This document shows, one piece after another, positions 30,269-40,638 of a DNA stretch of 64,000 nt; the first letter of the stretch is position 1; every line of letters starts with the position of its first letter. The notes below the pieces were generated by a model, which did not search any database, had not been told where the DNA came from, and worked only from the letters and a program-made list of their open reading frames with translations. Both the position numbers and the translations under genes were made by a program. The DNA is from an uncultured Paraprevotella sp. (GTDB lineage: Bacteria > Bacteroidota > Bacteroidia > Bacteroidales > Bacteroidaceae), in contig CALULA010000004.1 of NCBI GenBank assembly GCA_944321365.1, positions 42,907 through 106,906 of the forward strand, written 5' to 3'.

Positions 30269-31636
30269 TTATGCGGGATGCACTCGTTTCACATGCAGGA
30301 CGCACCGTTTGTATGCCGTCAAGGCAGGAGTCCCGTTGTCGCTCACGTAAAGGATGATGTGCAGGGTGGTTCCCGCCGCGTCCGTGGGGATGGCGACGCG
30401 GCAACGCGGGGAGTCCGCTTCTTGTATGGCAATGTCCCCTGCATAGGTGCCGGGGGCTTTGTAGTATTCCCAGCGGTAGGTCAGGGAGTCGCCGTCGGGG
30501 TCTTCAGATGCCGAGGCGTCCAGGGAGAGCGTGCTGCCGGCTTTAACTTTCTTTTCGATGTGGACGGGACGGTCGTCACCGTCAACAATGGCTATGGGAT
30601 GATGGTTCACGGCGGAATAGTCGTCTGTTGTGCTCCATTGCATCCGGGCGGCAAAGTCGTTCCATATCTGCTCTTTCCACTTCGCGATGGCTTCCACCCC
30701 TTCCCCGGTGGCGGCATGCATGTGGTAAGGGTCGTACCGGGCCTCGTCCTTATGACTTCTGACAATGAAGTCCATTCCCCGTATGCCGGGCTCTTTTTCG
30801 GCCTTGAACCGTCCGCCCCAACCGCCGTAGGTCACTTCTTCCGGTACATTCAGTCCGTTGGCATACACGTAGAGAAACGACGGGGAGTCGCCTTCCGTGG
30901 CCCATATCCGGTCGGGATAGTGGCGGCCAAGCGGCAGGCAGTTTTGGATGTTGTCTTTTGTCCATTCATCGGATGGTGCCCATCTGTAGACGGCTTTGTT
31001 ACGGATGTAGAGGAGCGTGGGAAAGTTCCTGGCCACCCATGCGCCGGCATCGTCCTGCCCCAGCACATCATAGACGCGCAGTTTGCTGATGAACTGTTCC
31101 ACTTCTGCCGGGGTGCGTGTGTGCGACACTTTCCAAAGAGCCTGCGCTACGTTGTTCATTCCGCCCCATGCCGCCACCCACACGGGACGTTTGTCGTGCC
31201 GACGGTCCACGGCCTCGATGATGAGTTCCGAGCCGGGAGAGTCTTTTCCGTCGCCCACTCCGTCCATGTTCGCATGCGTCTGCCCCTGCCGGATGATGGA
31301 GTGCAGGTAGTCCTCGCTGGGGTAACCTCCGGCATGCCGACGCAGGTTGGGCAGGACTTCTCCGAAATGGTCCACCGTCTTGTGCAGTTGGTCTGTGTGG
31401 TGGGGCATGTCGGCCCACACCTGCGAGCTGATGATGCCCTCAATGTCTATGACGTTGGAGCATACCAGCAAATGAATCATGGACTGGATGTCATCGGGGT
31501 CCGTTCCGCCCAGGTCCGTGGTCACGATGAGCCTTTGTTTGTAGTTGTCGTTTTGGGAGGCGCGGGCTGTACCGTTGTAAAAGAATGTCAGGCCGGCCAG
31601 TCCGATGCTGAAGATGATGTGAAATTTGTTTCCCAT
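30269..31636 (-). CDS. Secreted DUF1593 (nucleoside-hydrolase-like) protein with C-terminal Ig/PKD-like domain
   Basis: Signal peptide; TDLGGTDPDDIQSM, VWVAAWGG, ATEGDSPSF, GGWGGRF, LDASASEDPDGDSLTYRW; promoter at 31662-31669. Confidence 0.85.
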   Translation of the reverse strand: MGNKFHIIFSIGLAGLTFFYNGTARASQNDNYKQRLIVTTDLGGTDPDDIQSMIHLLVCSNVIDIEGIISSQVWADMPHHTDQLHKTVDHFGEVLPNLRRHAGGYPSEDYLHSIIRQGQTHANMDGVGDGKDSPGSELIIEAVDRRHDKRPVWVAAWGGMNNVAQALWKVSHTRTPAEVEQFISKLRVYDVLGQDDAGAWVARNFPTLLYIRNKAVYRWAPSDEWTKDNIQNCLPLGRHYPDRIWATEGDSPSFLYVYANGLNVPEEVTYGGWGGRFKAEKEPGIRGMDFIVRSHKDEARYDPYHMHAATGEGVEAIAKWKEQIWNDFAARMQWSTTDDYSAVNHHPIAIVDGDDRPVHIEKKVKAGSTLSLDASASEDPDGDSLTYRWEYYKAPGTYAGDIAIQEADSPRCRVAIPTDAAGTTLHIILYVSDNGTPALTAYKRCVLHVKRVHPA

Positions 31637-31846
31637 GGCTTTTGTCTGATAGGTTGCGGGGGCAAATATAGGCAATAAGACATTTCCTCATTTTGTACTA
31701 TGTAACAGATTGCTTTATGTGGCGTTACATGGTGGATTTTCGTGGATGACGGGAGCCGGTATGGCAGCAGCCCGACATTCCGCAGGCAGCGTTTTCCTTT
31801 TGCTTCTGCCTGCGGAATGCGCCGCGTATGGCGGGGTGGTTGCGGT

Positions 31847-33709
31847 TCAGAACGGGAAAAGCAGCGGCAGCGTGAACACCATCACTATGCCCATGATGAT
31901 TTGCAGCGGCAGGCCTACCTTTACGTAGTCCATGAACGTGTACTGTCCGGCGGGCATGACCAGTGCGTTGGGCGGCGTGGAGAACGGCGAGGCGAAACAC
32001 ATGCTGGCCGCCACCGTCACGGCAAAGAGGAACGGCACGGGACTGACGCCCAGTTGTTGTGCGCTCTGCAGGGCGATGGGGGCCAGCAGTACGGCAGTGG
32101 CCGTGTTGCTGATGAACATGGTCATCAGCGAGGTGGTGAAGTAGATGCCCGCCATGAGTGCTATCGGTCCGTAGGCACCCAGCCCGCTGACCAGTCTGTC
32201 GGAGATGAAAGCCGACGTGCCTGTCTTTTCCAATGCCAGCGACATGGGCAGCATGGCGGCAATCAGCACGATGCTTTCCCAGTTGATGGTTTTGTAGGCC
32301 GCCTCGACGTTGCGGAAGCAACCCGTGAGCACCATCAGCAAGCCCGCGATCATCACTGCCGTGACGGGGTCCACAGGAATGAAGTCAAACACCATCATGA
32401 CTACCATCAGCAACATGATGACGGCTGCCAGCGGTGCCTTGTAGTCCAGCGTCACTTTGGCCGCTTCGTCCAGCGGCTGTCCCAGTACGACCCATTCCTC
32501 GTCCTCGCTGCTCAGCCGGGCTATGTCGTTCCATGTGCCCTGCACCAACAGGACATCCCCGGACTGGATGCGGGTGTCGCCGAGCTGCTGCAGCAGATAT
32601 GCGGTCTTGCGCCGTATGCCCAGTATGTTCACGTTGTATTTGTCGCGGAATCCGGCTTCCTTGATGGTCCGGTTGATGAGACGGGAAGAGGGCATGAGCA
32701 CGATTTCCGCTATGCCGATGTCATAGAAGTCCAGTGACTGTCCGGCATGGGAGGCCTCTTCGGTTGTGTGGCCGTCCACCAGCACCAGTCCGCATTCTTT
32801 TGCCAAGGTGTCGATATGTTCTATCTCTCCTTTCACGTAGAGTATGTCTTCGGCTTGCAGCACGGTGTCCGGTTCGGCCAGTTTCTGCGTAATGGTTTTC
32901 AGGAAACGGTGCTGCGAGGCATCACCGCGCCGTACCTCCAGAACGTTCACACCGTATTTGTGCCGGATGTCCAGCTCGATGATGGTCTTTCCTTTCAAGG
33001 GTGAATGCGCCGGAACTTTCAGGCGGAACAGATTGTCGGACAGACCGTACTCCTTCACCAGTTCCTTGAGCGATTTGCCTGCGTGGCCGGTCCCGTCGCT
33101 TGTTTTCTTCTTTTTGGAGAGGAACAGCTTGCTGAGCGGAAGCAGGACTACTATACCCACAGCGATGCAGATGAGGCCCACCGGCAAGAAGGAGAAGAAC
33201 GACAGTGCAGGGTAGCCGGCTCCGGTCAGCGTGTCCTGGATGACAAGGTTGGGCGGCGTACCGATGAGGGTCATCATGCCGCCCATGCTGCTGGCAAAGG
33301 CCAGGGGCATGAGCAGCCGGCTGGCGGACATGTTGGTGTTGGCTGCCAGGCTGACCACGATGGGAAGCATCAGGGCCACTGTCCCGGTGTTGCTGACAAA
33401 AGCACCGATGGCCGCCGTGACGATCATGACCAGAAGGAACAGGCGCAGCTCGCTTTTTCCCGCCAGTTTCAGGATGCGTGCGCTGATCATCTTGGCCAGT
33501 CCGGTCTGGAAGATGGCTCCGCCCACGACGAACAGTCCGATCATCATGATGACTACGGAGCTGGAAAAGCCGGAAAGGGCCTCTTCCGGAGTCAGGATGT
33601 GGAAGATGAGCAGTGCCACCAGTGCGCAGAGTGCTACGATATCTGAGCGGAGCTTGCCATTGATGAAAAAGATGGCGGAGAGCACCAGGATGCAAATTGT
33701 TGTCAGCAT
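31847..33709 (-). CDS. SLC13/CitMHS-type permease with two TrkA-C domains
   Basis: FVSNTGTV, LIGTPPNLV, two soluble TrkA-C segments, FISNTATAV, FASPFSTPPNALV. Confidence 0.93.
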   Translation of the reverse strand: MLTTICILVLSAIFFINGKLRSDIVALCALVALLIFHILTPEEALSGFSSSVVIMMIGLFVVGGAIFQTGLAKMISARILKLAGKSELRLFLLVMIVTAAIGAFVSNTGTVALMLPIVVSLAANTNMSASRLLMPLAFASSMGGMMTLIGTPPNLVIQDTLTGAGYPALSFFSFLPVGLICIAVGIVVLLPLSKLFLSKKKKTSDGTGHAGKSLKELVKEYGLSDNLFRLKVPAHSPLKGKTIIELDIRHKYGVNVLEVRRGDASQHRFLKTITQKLAEPDTVLQAEDILYVKGEIEHIDTLAKECGLVLVDGHTTEEASHAGQSLDFYDIGIAEIVLMPSSRLINRTIKEAGFRDKYNVNILGIRRKTAYLLQQLGDTRIQSGDVLLVQGTWNDIARLSSEDEEWVVLGQPLDEAAKVTLDYKAPLAAVIMLLMVVMMVFDFIPVDPVTAVMIAGLLMVLTGCFRNVEAAYKTINWESIVLIAAMLPMSLALEKTGTSAFISDRLVSGLGAYGPIALMAGIYFTTSLMTMFISNTATAVLLAPIALQSAQQLGVSPVPFLFAVTVAASMCFASPFSTPPNALVMPAGQYTFMDYVKVGLPLQIIMGIVMVFTLPLLFPF

Positions 33710-33806
33710 AGGTCTGTCGTGTCGTATTTGTGATTCGTGAATGTTTCAAAATTACGAAAATAGTGCGGCATGGTCAAAGCTTTTATTGTTTTTTTTGATT
33801 TGGGCG

Positions 33807-33880
33807 TTGCACGGAACTGCCGGTGTTCATGCGCAAAGACGCCATCGTTTTTCCGCAAGACTGTGTCTGTTCTTGCGGAA
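33807..33880. repeat. 22-bp-period palindrome array (locus C)
   Basis: Cores at 33807 ttgcacgg, 33829 atgcgcaa, 33851 ttccgcaa, 33873 ttgcggaa. Confidence 0.75.
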
Positions 33881-33996
33881 AAAAACAGTGGAGAGGCTCG
33901 GAGGTGGAATGCCGGTGTTTGCAGATGAAAAAAAGACTCCGTGCGGCGGAAAGCAGCCTGGGGCTGCGGGTTGCACAGAGTCTTGTCCTTTTAATC

Positions 33997-34488
33997 CTAT
34001 TTATTGCGGGCGGATGGGGGTGCGGGCGGCGGTGCCTGTTTTTTTGCCGTCCGGTTGCTGAAGTTCCGCAGCATGCGCCGGTGGAATCTGTCTTCCGCCT
34101 TCATGGCCTTGTGCACTTTCTTGGCGGGAATGGTCTTGCACATTTTCCGGTAGTAAGTGTCCTCCACTTCGGCCAGCTCTATCTTCAGTTTGTTGATCTC
34201 GCATATAAGATTATAATATTCCTTGTCTGCGGCATTGGCCGGAAGCGTCCTCTTTTTCAGCTCGCGTATTTGCCAGTTGATGCCGCGCTGTTTGTCGTGC
34301 ATCTCGTGGAAAATCGGGAAGAATGCGGTGGACTCCGCAGGAGTCAGGCAGGCTTCTTGAACGATGAAGCTCTCTAGTTTCCTGACAAAGTCCTGTGGCG
34401 AGAACGATTTCCTGCGCGGTTGTGCGCTGACAGATTGGAATGTATATGCCAGAAAGAGACAAAGCAGAGTGATTATCGTTTTATACAT
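33997..34488 (-). CDS. Exported helical protein, Spy/CpxP-like
   Basis: Signal peptide; LTPAESTAFFPIF motif; predicted all-helical. Confidence 0.65.
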   Translation of the reverse strand: MYKTIITLLCLFLAYTFQSVSAQPRRKSFSPQDFVRKLESFIVQEACLTPAESTAFFPIFHEMHDKQRGINWQIRELKKRTLPANAADKEYYNLICEINKLKIELAEVEDTYYRKMCKTIPAKKVHKAMKAEDRFHRRMLRNFSNRTAKKQAPPPAPPSARNK

Positions 34489-34510
34489 ACGCGATGATTA
34501 GGTTTGAGTG

Positions 34511-34894
34511 TTAATAGGCTTCTGTCAGGTATAGGGCGATTTCGTTGTTGCTGACCATGGCATAGTCGAGTGCGTCTTCTATATAAGCATCGTCCGTATC
34601 TGCCGGGTCGGGGGTATAAGTGGCCACGGCATTCCCCTCGGCATTGCTGTGGCGGTTGGTGAGGCGCAGTGTGCCGAAAGCGATAATTCCGCACACCACT
34701 GCCGCTGCGGCGGCATATCTGATGAAAGTCAGCCTTAGTTGCCGTCCGTAACGGCGTGGCTGCATGCTGCCGGGGCTGTCTTTTTCCGGCAGCTGTTCCA
34801 TCAGGCGGGCCGTGAATTGCTCGAAATAGCCTTCCGGAACCTTGAACGGATCGCGGTTTCCGCATTTTCTTCTGATGAAATCTTCTTCTTTCAT
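34511..34894 (-). CDS. Putative membrane anti-sigma factor
   Basis: PFKVPEGYFEQF motif plus a single TM helix; directly downstream of the ECF sigma gene. Confidence 0.7.
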   Translation of the reverse strand: MKEEDFIRRKCGNRDPFKVPEGYFEQFTARLMEQLPEKDSPGSMQPRRYGRQLRLTFIRYAAAAAVVCGIIAFGTLRLTNRHSNAEGNAVATYTPDPADTDDAYIEDALDYAMVSNNEIALYLTEAY

Positions 34895-34942
34895 AGTGTC
34901 ATTCTTTTCTTTATTTATTGGATGTCCGGCAGTAGAAAAGGT

Positions 34943-35488
34943 TTAATCACCGGACTGAAAAAAATCATATATCTTTTTGACTGCGTGATGATATGAGGCT
35001 TTCAACGCTCCGATACTGGTGTCCAGGATGCGGCTCATCTCCTCGTATTTCATCTCTTCGTAGTACTTGAGCTGAAATACGGTCCGTTGTTTTTCCGGCA
35101 GACGGGCGATGGCCCGTTGCAGTTGCAGCTCGGTCTCGTCGCCGTCGAAGTAACAGTCGGCGGTGAGACGGTTAATGAGATTGTCCGGCGTGTCCTCTAT
35201 GGCGGTGGTGCTCCTGTTATGTTGCATGAGGTTAAGTGCTTCGTTGACGGCTATCCGGTAGAGCCATGTGCTCAGTCGTGCGTCTCCGCGAAAGGTTTCC
35301 AGGTGTGTCCAGGCTTTGATGAAGGTGTTTTGCAGCACGTCATTGGCGTCATCATGGTCGTAGACCATACGGCGGATCTGCCTGTATAGTTGCGGACTGT
35401 ATATGCGTACTACATCCTCGAAAGCTTCACGTTGCGACTGAGGCTGGCAGAGTCTGCTGATGAGTGAGGATTCTTCCTTTGCGTTCAT
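34943..35488 (-). CDS. ECF RNA polymerase sigma-70 factor
   Basis: DANDVLQNTFIKAW, LSTWLYRIAVN, RLPEKQRTVF, SIGALKASYH. Confidence 0.96.
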   Translation of the reverse strand: MNAKEESSLISRLCQPQSQREAFEDVVRIYSPQLYRQIRRMVYDHDDANDVLQNTFIKAWTHLETFRGDARLSTWLYRIAVNEALNLMQHNRSTTAIEDTPDNLINRLTADCYFDGDETELQLQRAIARLPEKQRTVFQLKYYEEMKYEEMSRILDTSIGALKASYHHAVKKIYDFFQSGD

Positions 35489-35536
35489 GCTGCTGAATGT
35501 CGTTCTTTGATTTAGATATTTGCGGTTCGGAATGGT

Positions 35537-37072
35537 TTAAAAGCAGTTGAACTTTTTTAACAGAAGCTGGTCATAACCATAAGGATCCCCGCTTTCATGC
35601 AGCTGGCCTGCAGTGTCGGGATAGAGGGTATAGTATTGGATGAACACCGGTACGGGCGGTTGGAAACGTTGCACGCCGGTAATCGGAGCCGGATCGGGCT
35701 GGTCGGCTGTGTCTGACTGTCGGGGAACGGGTTCATATAATGGGGGTAGCCCTATGGCTGTCCTGAGCCGGTCGATGGCTTTTTCGTCGTGTTCGGGCAG
35801 CAGGAATATGGCCAGTTCCAGTGGCTGTTCCACTCTGATGCAACCGTGGCTGATGGCTCTGTTCTTGCGTTTGAAGGCTTGCCGGTTGTTGGTGTCATGC
35901 AGAAAGATGGAGAAGTCGTTGGGAAACCGGAAGATGAGTCTGCCCAGCGAGTTGCCCTCTCCGTTGTCCTGTCTGATGCGGAAGTTGCCGCTTAGGAGCA
36001 TGCCGGCAGTTACTGAAACCGGGTCAAGCTCCTCGCCGGTAGTTTTGTCTATGATGCGGTAACGGTTACGGCTGAAGTAGGCCGCGTCTTGTGCATGTCG
36101 CGGGGCTATCTCTTTCTTGATGATGCTATATGGGATGTTCCAGTAAGGATTCATTTCCACCTTTTCTATGCGGCTGTTCAGCATCGGGCTTTTGTTTTTC
36201 GGACTGCCGCAACATATTCTCATGTGCAGCTTCCGGTTTTCTTTTTCATCCACTGCGGTCAGTGTCATATCGGCCAGGTTGACCCATACGTACTTGCCTT
36301 CGGGCCTTTCGGACTGCCAGCGGCTGCGTTCCATGTTGGCAGCTATTTTTTTTCGTCGCTGTTGGTCCTTTTCGGTCTGGTAGGCGGTTTTGAGTGTCTG
36401 GTAGAGTTTGTTGTCGGGCTGTACGCTTTGCAGGAACGGCGGGAGCTGTCGGCCTTTCAGCGCGTTCAGGGCCTGGCGGATGAATGTCGTGTCCGGGCTC
36501 TCTGTCGGTATGGCATATAGTGTGTGGTATGCGGCATGTTGCGTGGTGTCTGTCTTTTCAAGTGTGTTGAATAATGTAGCGGGGCGGATATAACCGAAAC
36601 GTTGTCCGCAGGCATACCGCAGGTAGGCCTGCGTCAGCAGATACTCTGTCTGTCCGAATATCGTATTGACAGGGTGTTGTCTGTCGAAGTCAAGCTGACG
36701 GATTCGTCGGATACCTTCTTTAATGTGTTCAGTCTGGAAGATCTGCTCAGGAATGCCGTCTGTTGTTGCCGTTGTGATATGGCGGAGCAGTGTGTCGGCC
36801 TTTTCATCGACTCCATAGCGTGTAATCCACAGAAACGTTCCCTTACCGGCATAGTATTCCCGGACGAATTTGTCGGCATGCATTCGGGTGGGGCGCAGGC
36901 GCATGCTGTCTATCGTGTAGCGTATTTTACGGCTGTTCAGTTCATAAGCGGCAGTATCCCATGCGGCAAAGTCGTCCCGTTCGATGGATATATGGGATTC
37001 ATTCTTCATTTCTCCACACGAAATGAAGAGAACCATGCACAACAGATGGACAGGAAAACGGGAGAGAGGCAT
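35537..37072 (-). CDS. L,D-transpeptidase (YcbB/YkuD family) lipoprotein
   Basis: ISC lipobox; NPYWNIP, IFLHDT, ISHGCIRV catalytic motif. Confidence 0.92.
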   Translation of the reverse strand: MPLSRFPVHLLCMVLFISCGEMKNESHISIERDDFAAWDTAAYELNSRKIRYTIDSMRLRPTRMHADKFVREYYAGKGTFLWITRYGVDEKADTLLRHITTATTDGIPEQIFQTEHIKEGIRRIRQLDFDRQHPVNTIFGQTEYLLTQAYLRYACGQRFGYIRPATLFNTLEKTDTTQHAAYHTLYAIPTESPDTTFIRQALNALKGRQLPPFLQSVQPDNKLYQTLKTAYQTEKDQQRRKKIAANMERSRWQSERPEGKYVWVNLADMTLTAVDEKENRKLHMRICCGSPKNKSPMLNSRIEKVEMNPYWNIPYSIIKKEIAPRHAQDAAYFSRNRYRIIDKTTGEELDPVSVTAGMLLSGNFRIRQDNGEGNSLGRLIFRFPNDFSIFLHDTNNRQAFKRKNRAISHGCIRVEQPLELAIFLLPEHDEKAIDRLRTAIGLPPLYEPVPRQSDTADQPDPAPITGVQRFQPPVPVFIQYYTLYPDTAGQLHESGDPYGYDQLLLKKFNCF

Positions 37073-37080
37073 TCCCTTGC

Positions 37081-37386
37081 TTAGCGAATGGAAACTTTCC
37101 GGACTACTTTATCGACCTTTAATATATAACAGCCTTTCTTCAGTGTGAGGTTCACGGTCTCTTCGTTGCTCGTAATTCTTACGGCAGCAACCTTTGTACC
37201 CGTCAGGGAAAAGACCTCAAGTGTGCTTCCGCTTGCGTTATATATGGAGAAAGTAGTCCCTTTTACAACTATGGATACTGCCGAAAGCTCAGTGTCCGGC
37301 ATGCTTTTTTCGGCCTGTGCGCGGCATACTGCAGAAGAGTCCAGCAGGAAGACCGCCAATACCAAAAGAAGTGTTTTTTTTACCAT
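37081..37386 (-). CDS. Small exported protein consisting only of a T9SS C-terminal-domain-like module
   Basis: Signal peptide followed by LEVFSLTGTKV...LKKGCYILKV...RKVSIR. Confidence 0.65.
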   Translation of the reverse strand: MVKKTLLLVLAVFLLDSSAVCRAQAEKSMPDTELSAVSIVVKGTTFSIYNASGSTLEVFSLTGTKVAAVRITSNEETVNLTLKKGCYILKVDKVVRKVSIR

Positions 37387-37477
37387 AGTTCTTGTTCTCT
37401 GTATTTTTCTAAGGACAAATATAGAGATTCCCAACGAAAAAAACAAACTTTATTGTGTAAAACTCATTCTTTTTTGC

Positions 37478-38392
37478 TCAAATTTTAATGGTGAGTCCTT
37501 CTTTAGCCAGTACAGTATTGGGAAACAGCGTTTTGGCTTCGGCCAATAAAGGGGCTTCATTTTCATACCGCGCAGAAAAATGGCCTATGCAGAGCTGTTT
37601 CACTTTGCTGTCACAGGCCAGCTGTGCGGCTTGCAGTGCGGTGGTGTGAAAGGTTTCCCTGGCGCGGGCTGCGTCTTCATTTATGAATGTCGCTTCGTGG
37701 AACAGGAGATCTGTTCCGCGGATGAGTTCCGCGATTTCCGGCAGATAGACCGTGTCGGAGCAGTAAGCATAGCTGCGTGGCGGGTCTGCGGGTGTGGTCA
37801 GCCGGGTATGGGGGACGGTCTGGCCCTCTTCCGTTGTCCAGTCTTTGCCGTTTTTGATGTTGTTGATTTCGCACAGCGGGATGTGGTAGAAATCAATCAT
37901 GTCCCGTCGGATGTGCGGCAGTGAGGGTTTTTCTCTGAAAAGGAATCCGGCACAGGCTATGCGGTGTTTGAGCGGAATGGAGTAAACGCTCACGGAACGG
38001 TCCTCGTGAATCAGCGTGTGAAGGGAAGTGTCTATGGGGTGAAACTCGACGTCGTATTCCAGTCCCTGGCAGAAGAAGTCCAGCTGGCTTCTCAGCTGTG
38101 TCCCGAAAGCCGCAGGGGCGTGTACGTGCAGTGTGGCCGTACGTCCCAGCATGCCGAGTGTGGACAGCAGTCCGATCAGTCCGAAGCAATGGTCGCCGTG
38201 CAGATGGGAAATGAATATATGGTTCAGGCGGTTGAATTTGAGCCGTGAGCGGCGCAGTTGTATCTGCGTTCCTTCGCCGCAATCTATCATATATAGTTTT
38301 TCGCGGATATTCAATACTTGCGAGGTGGGGAAGTGGCGTGTGGTGGGTAGTGCTGAACCGCACCCTAATATCGTGACTTCAAATTTTTCCAT
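37478..38392 (-). CDS. rnz: Ribonuclease Z
   Basis: LGCGSALPT, DCGEGTQ, SHLHGDH, HEATF, GHFSARY; promoter at 38421-38428. Confidence 0.96.
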   Translation of the reverse strand: MEKFEVTILGCGSALPTTRHFPTSQVLNIREKLYMIDCGEGTQIQLRRSRLKFNRLNHIFISHLHGDHCFGLIGLLSTLGMLGRTATLHVHAPAAFGTQLRSQLDFFCQGLEYDVEFHPIDTSLHTLIHEDRSVSVYSIPLKHRIACAGFLFREKPSLPHIRRDMIDFYHIPLCEINNIKNGKDWTTEEGQTVPHTRLTTPADPPRSYAYCSDTVYLPEIAELIRGTDLLFHEATFINEDAARARETFHTTALQAAQLACDSKVKQLCIGHFSARYENEAPLLAEAKTLFPNTVLAKEGLTIKI

Positions 38393-38430
38393 ATACCTTA
38401 TTATATTAGACCGGTTTCCGCAAAAGTACA

Positions 38431-38468
38431 TAAAAAAAGGACGATGAAGAAGAATCATCGTCCTTTTC
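38431..38468 (-). terminator. Terminator after rpsA
   Basis: AAAAGGACGATGA...TCATCGTCCTTTT inverted repeat. Confidence 0.8.
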
Positions 38469-38485
38469 TTGTATGCAGGTTTTAA

Positions 38486-40273
38486 TTATTCACCTTTTTC
38501 CATTTGAGCTTTCAGGGCTGCCAGAGCGTCGATGTCGCCCAATGTGGTAGAGGCTGCCTGGTTCTGGATAACGGGAGTCTCTTCCTTCTTGCTGCTCTTC
38601 TTGGCACTGGTGGTCTTCTTGGCCTCCTTGGCCTCAGCACGCTGTGCATCTTCGTAGATGCGGCTGTGAGACAGGATGATGCGCTTGCTGTCCTTGTTGA
38701 ATTCTATGACTTTGAAAGGCAGTTTCTCGTTCAGCTGAGCCTGGCTTCCGTCTTCCTTCACCAAGTGTTTGGGAGTGGCGAAACCTTCCACGCCGTATTC
38801 CAGTTGGATCACAGCACCTTTGTCCAGCATCTCGACAATCGTACCTTCGTGGATAGAGTTCACGGTGAAGATGGTTTCAAAGACATCCCACGGATTCTCT
38901 TCAAGTTGCTTGTGGCCTAAGCTCAGACGACGGTTCTCTTTGTCGATTTCCAGCACTTGCACTTCTATTTCTGCACCGATCTGGGTGAACTCAGAAGGAT
39001 GTTTGATCTTCTTCGTCCATGACAGGTCTGAGATATGAATCAGGCCGTCGACTCCCTCTTCGATTTCGACGAATACGCCGAAATTGGTAAAGTTGCGCAC
39101 CTTGGCTGTGTGTCTTGAACCAACAGGATATTTCTCTTCGATATTCTCCCATGGATCCGGTTTCAGCTGTTTGATACCCAAAGACATCTTGCGCTCTTCG
39201 CGGTCCAGGGTCAGGATGACGGCTTCTACCTCGTCGCCCACTTTCATGAAGTCCTGTGCCGAACGCAGGTGTTGGCTCCATGACATCTCTGATACGTGGA
39301 TCAGGCCTTCTACGCCCGGAGCGATTTCGATGAATGCGCCGTAGTCTGCCATAACGACAACCTTGCCTTTCACCTTGTCGCCCACCTTCAGGTTCGGGTC
39401 CAGAGCATCCCACGGGTGCGGAGTCAGCTGTTTCAGACCCAGAGCGATGCGCTTCTTCTCGTCGTCGAAGTCGAGAATAACCACATTGATTTTCTGGTCG
39501 AGCTGCACCACTTCCTTCGGATCGCTTACGCGGCCCCAGGAGAGGTCGGTGATGTGGATCAGACCGTCTACGCCGCCCAAGTCGACGAATACGCCGTAAG
39601 AGGTGATATTCTTGACCGTACCTTCAAGCACTTGTCCTTTTTCCAGCTTGCTGATGATTTCTTTCTTCTGCTGTTCCAGTTCGGCTTCGATGAGAGCCTT
39701 GTGTGAAACAACCACGTTGCGGAATTCCTGGTTAATCTTCACAACCTTGAATTCCATGGTCTTGCCTACGAAAATGTCGTAGTCGCGGATGGGCTTCACG
39801 TCGATTTGCGAACCCGGCAAGAAGGCTTCAATGCCGAATACGTCCACAATCATACCGCCCTTGGTGCGGCACTTGATGTAGCCCTTGATGATTTCTTCGT
39901 TTTCAAGTGCCTGGTTCACGCGTTCCCAAGAGCGTGAAGCGCGGGCTTTCTTGTGTGAAAGAACCAACTGGCCTTTCTTGTCTTCCTGGTTCTCGATATA
40001 AACTTCCACTGTGTCTCCTACTTTCAAGTCGGGGTTGTAGCGGAATTCGCTCATCGGGATGATGCCGTCGGATTTGAAGCCGATGTTCACCACCACTTCG
40101 CGTTTGTTCATTGCGATCACCGTACCGTCCACTACTTCGTGGTCGTTTACTTTGTTCAAAGAACCTTCATAGGCCTTTTCTTCGGCCTCGCGGTTCGTGT
40201 TTACAGAGCTGTTGCCTGATTCGTAAGCATCCCAATCGAAGTCTGCCAACGGTTTTACTTCTGAATTTGTCAT
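38486..40273 (-). CDS. rpsA: 30S ribosomal protein S1
   Basis: Six S1 repeats (YGVFVDLGGVDGLIHITDLSW etc.); promoter at 40333-40340. Confidence 0.99.
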   Translation of the reverse strand: MTNSEVKPLADFDWDAYESGNSSVNTNREAEEKAYEGSLNKVNDHEVVDGTVIAMNKREVVVNIGFKSDGIIPMSEFRYNPDLKVGDTVEVYIENQEDKKGQLVLSHKKARASRSWERVNQALENEEIIKGYIKCRTKGGMIVDVFGIEAFLPGSQIDVKPIRDYDIFVGKTMEFKVVKINQEFRNVVVSHKALIEAELEQQKKEIISKLEKGQVLEGTVKNITSYGVFVDLGGVDGLIHITDLSWGRVSDPKEVVQLDQKINVVILDFDDEKKRIALGLKQLTPHPWDALDPNLKVGDKVKGKVVVMADYGAFIEIAPGVEGLIHVSEMSWSQHLRSAQDFMKVGDEVEAVILTLDREERKMSLGIKQLKPDPWENIEEKYPVGSRHTAKVRNFTNFGVFVEIEEGVDGLIHISDLSWTKKIKHPSEFTQIGAEIEVQVLEIDKENRRLSLGHKQLEENPWDVFETIFTVNSIHEGTIVEMLDKGAVIQLEYGVEGFATPKHLVKEDGSQAQLNEKLPFKVIEFNKDSKRIILSHSRIYEDAQRAEAKEAKKTTSAKKSSKKEETPVIQNQAASTTLGDIDALAALKAQMEKGE

Positions 40274-40520
40274 TGAATAAATTTGATAATGAATTTAATA
40301 ATGTTAGACATTATGTTGTTTCTAATCGGGCGCAAAGATACGATAAAAACTATAAACGAGCAATTAAAAGGATAAGAAAATGAGTCTTTTCCTGCTTTTT
40401 TGTCTGTACTTATCCGCTGAGGGGCCTGAAAGTTTCTCCGGTTTTGACGGCGGGGATTTGTCTGTCTGTCCGTGGCGGGCGCAGGGTGGTTTGTGTGGTC
40501 CGACTGCCTGTTTGTCCGTC

Positions 40521-40638
40521 TGCCGGAATGGTGCGGATTTTTTTGCGCAAGACTTTGTGCGGTCTTGCTCATGATGGCCTCCGTTCTTGCGCAAGACCGG
40601 TCGGGGTGTTGCCGGACTGTGGTCTGACCGGTGCGGGG
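40521..40638. repeat. 22-bp-period palindrome array (locus D)
   Basis: Cores at 40521 tgccggaa, 40543 ttgcgcaa, 40565 ttgctcat, 40587 ttgcgcaa, 40609 ttgccgga, 40631 gtgcgggg. Confidence 0.8.

Noticed and set aside
31778-31817. TTCCGCAG...CTGCGGAA resembling the 22-bp array cores
   Set aside because: The spacing is not 22 bp; it is a 12-bp hairpin after the SLC13 gene.
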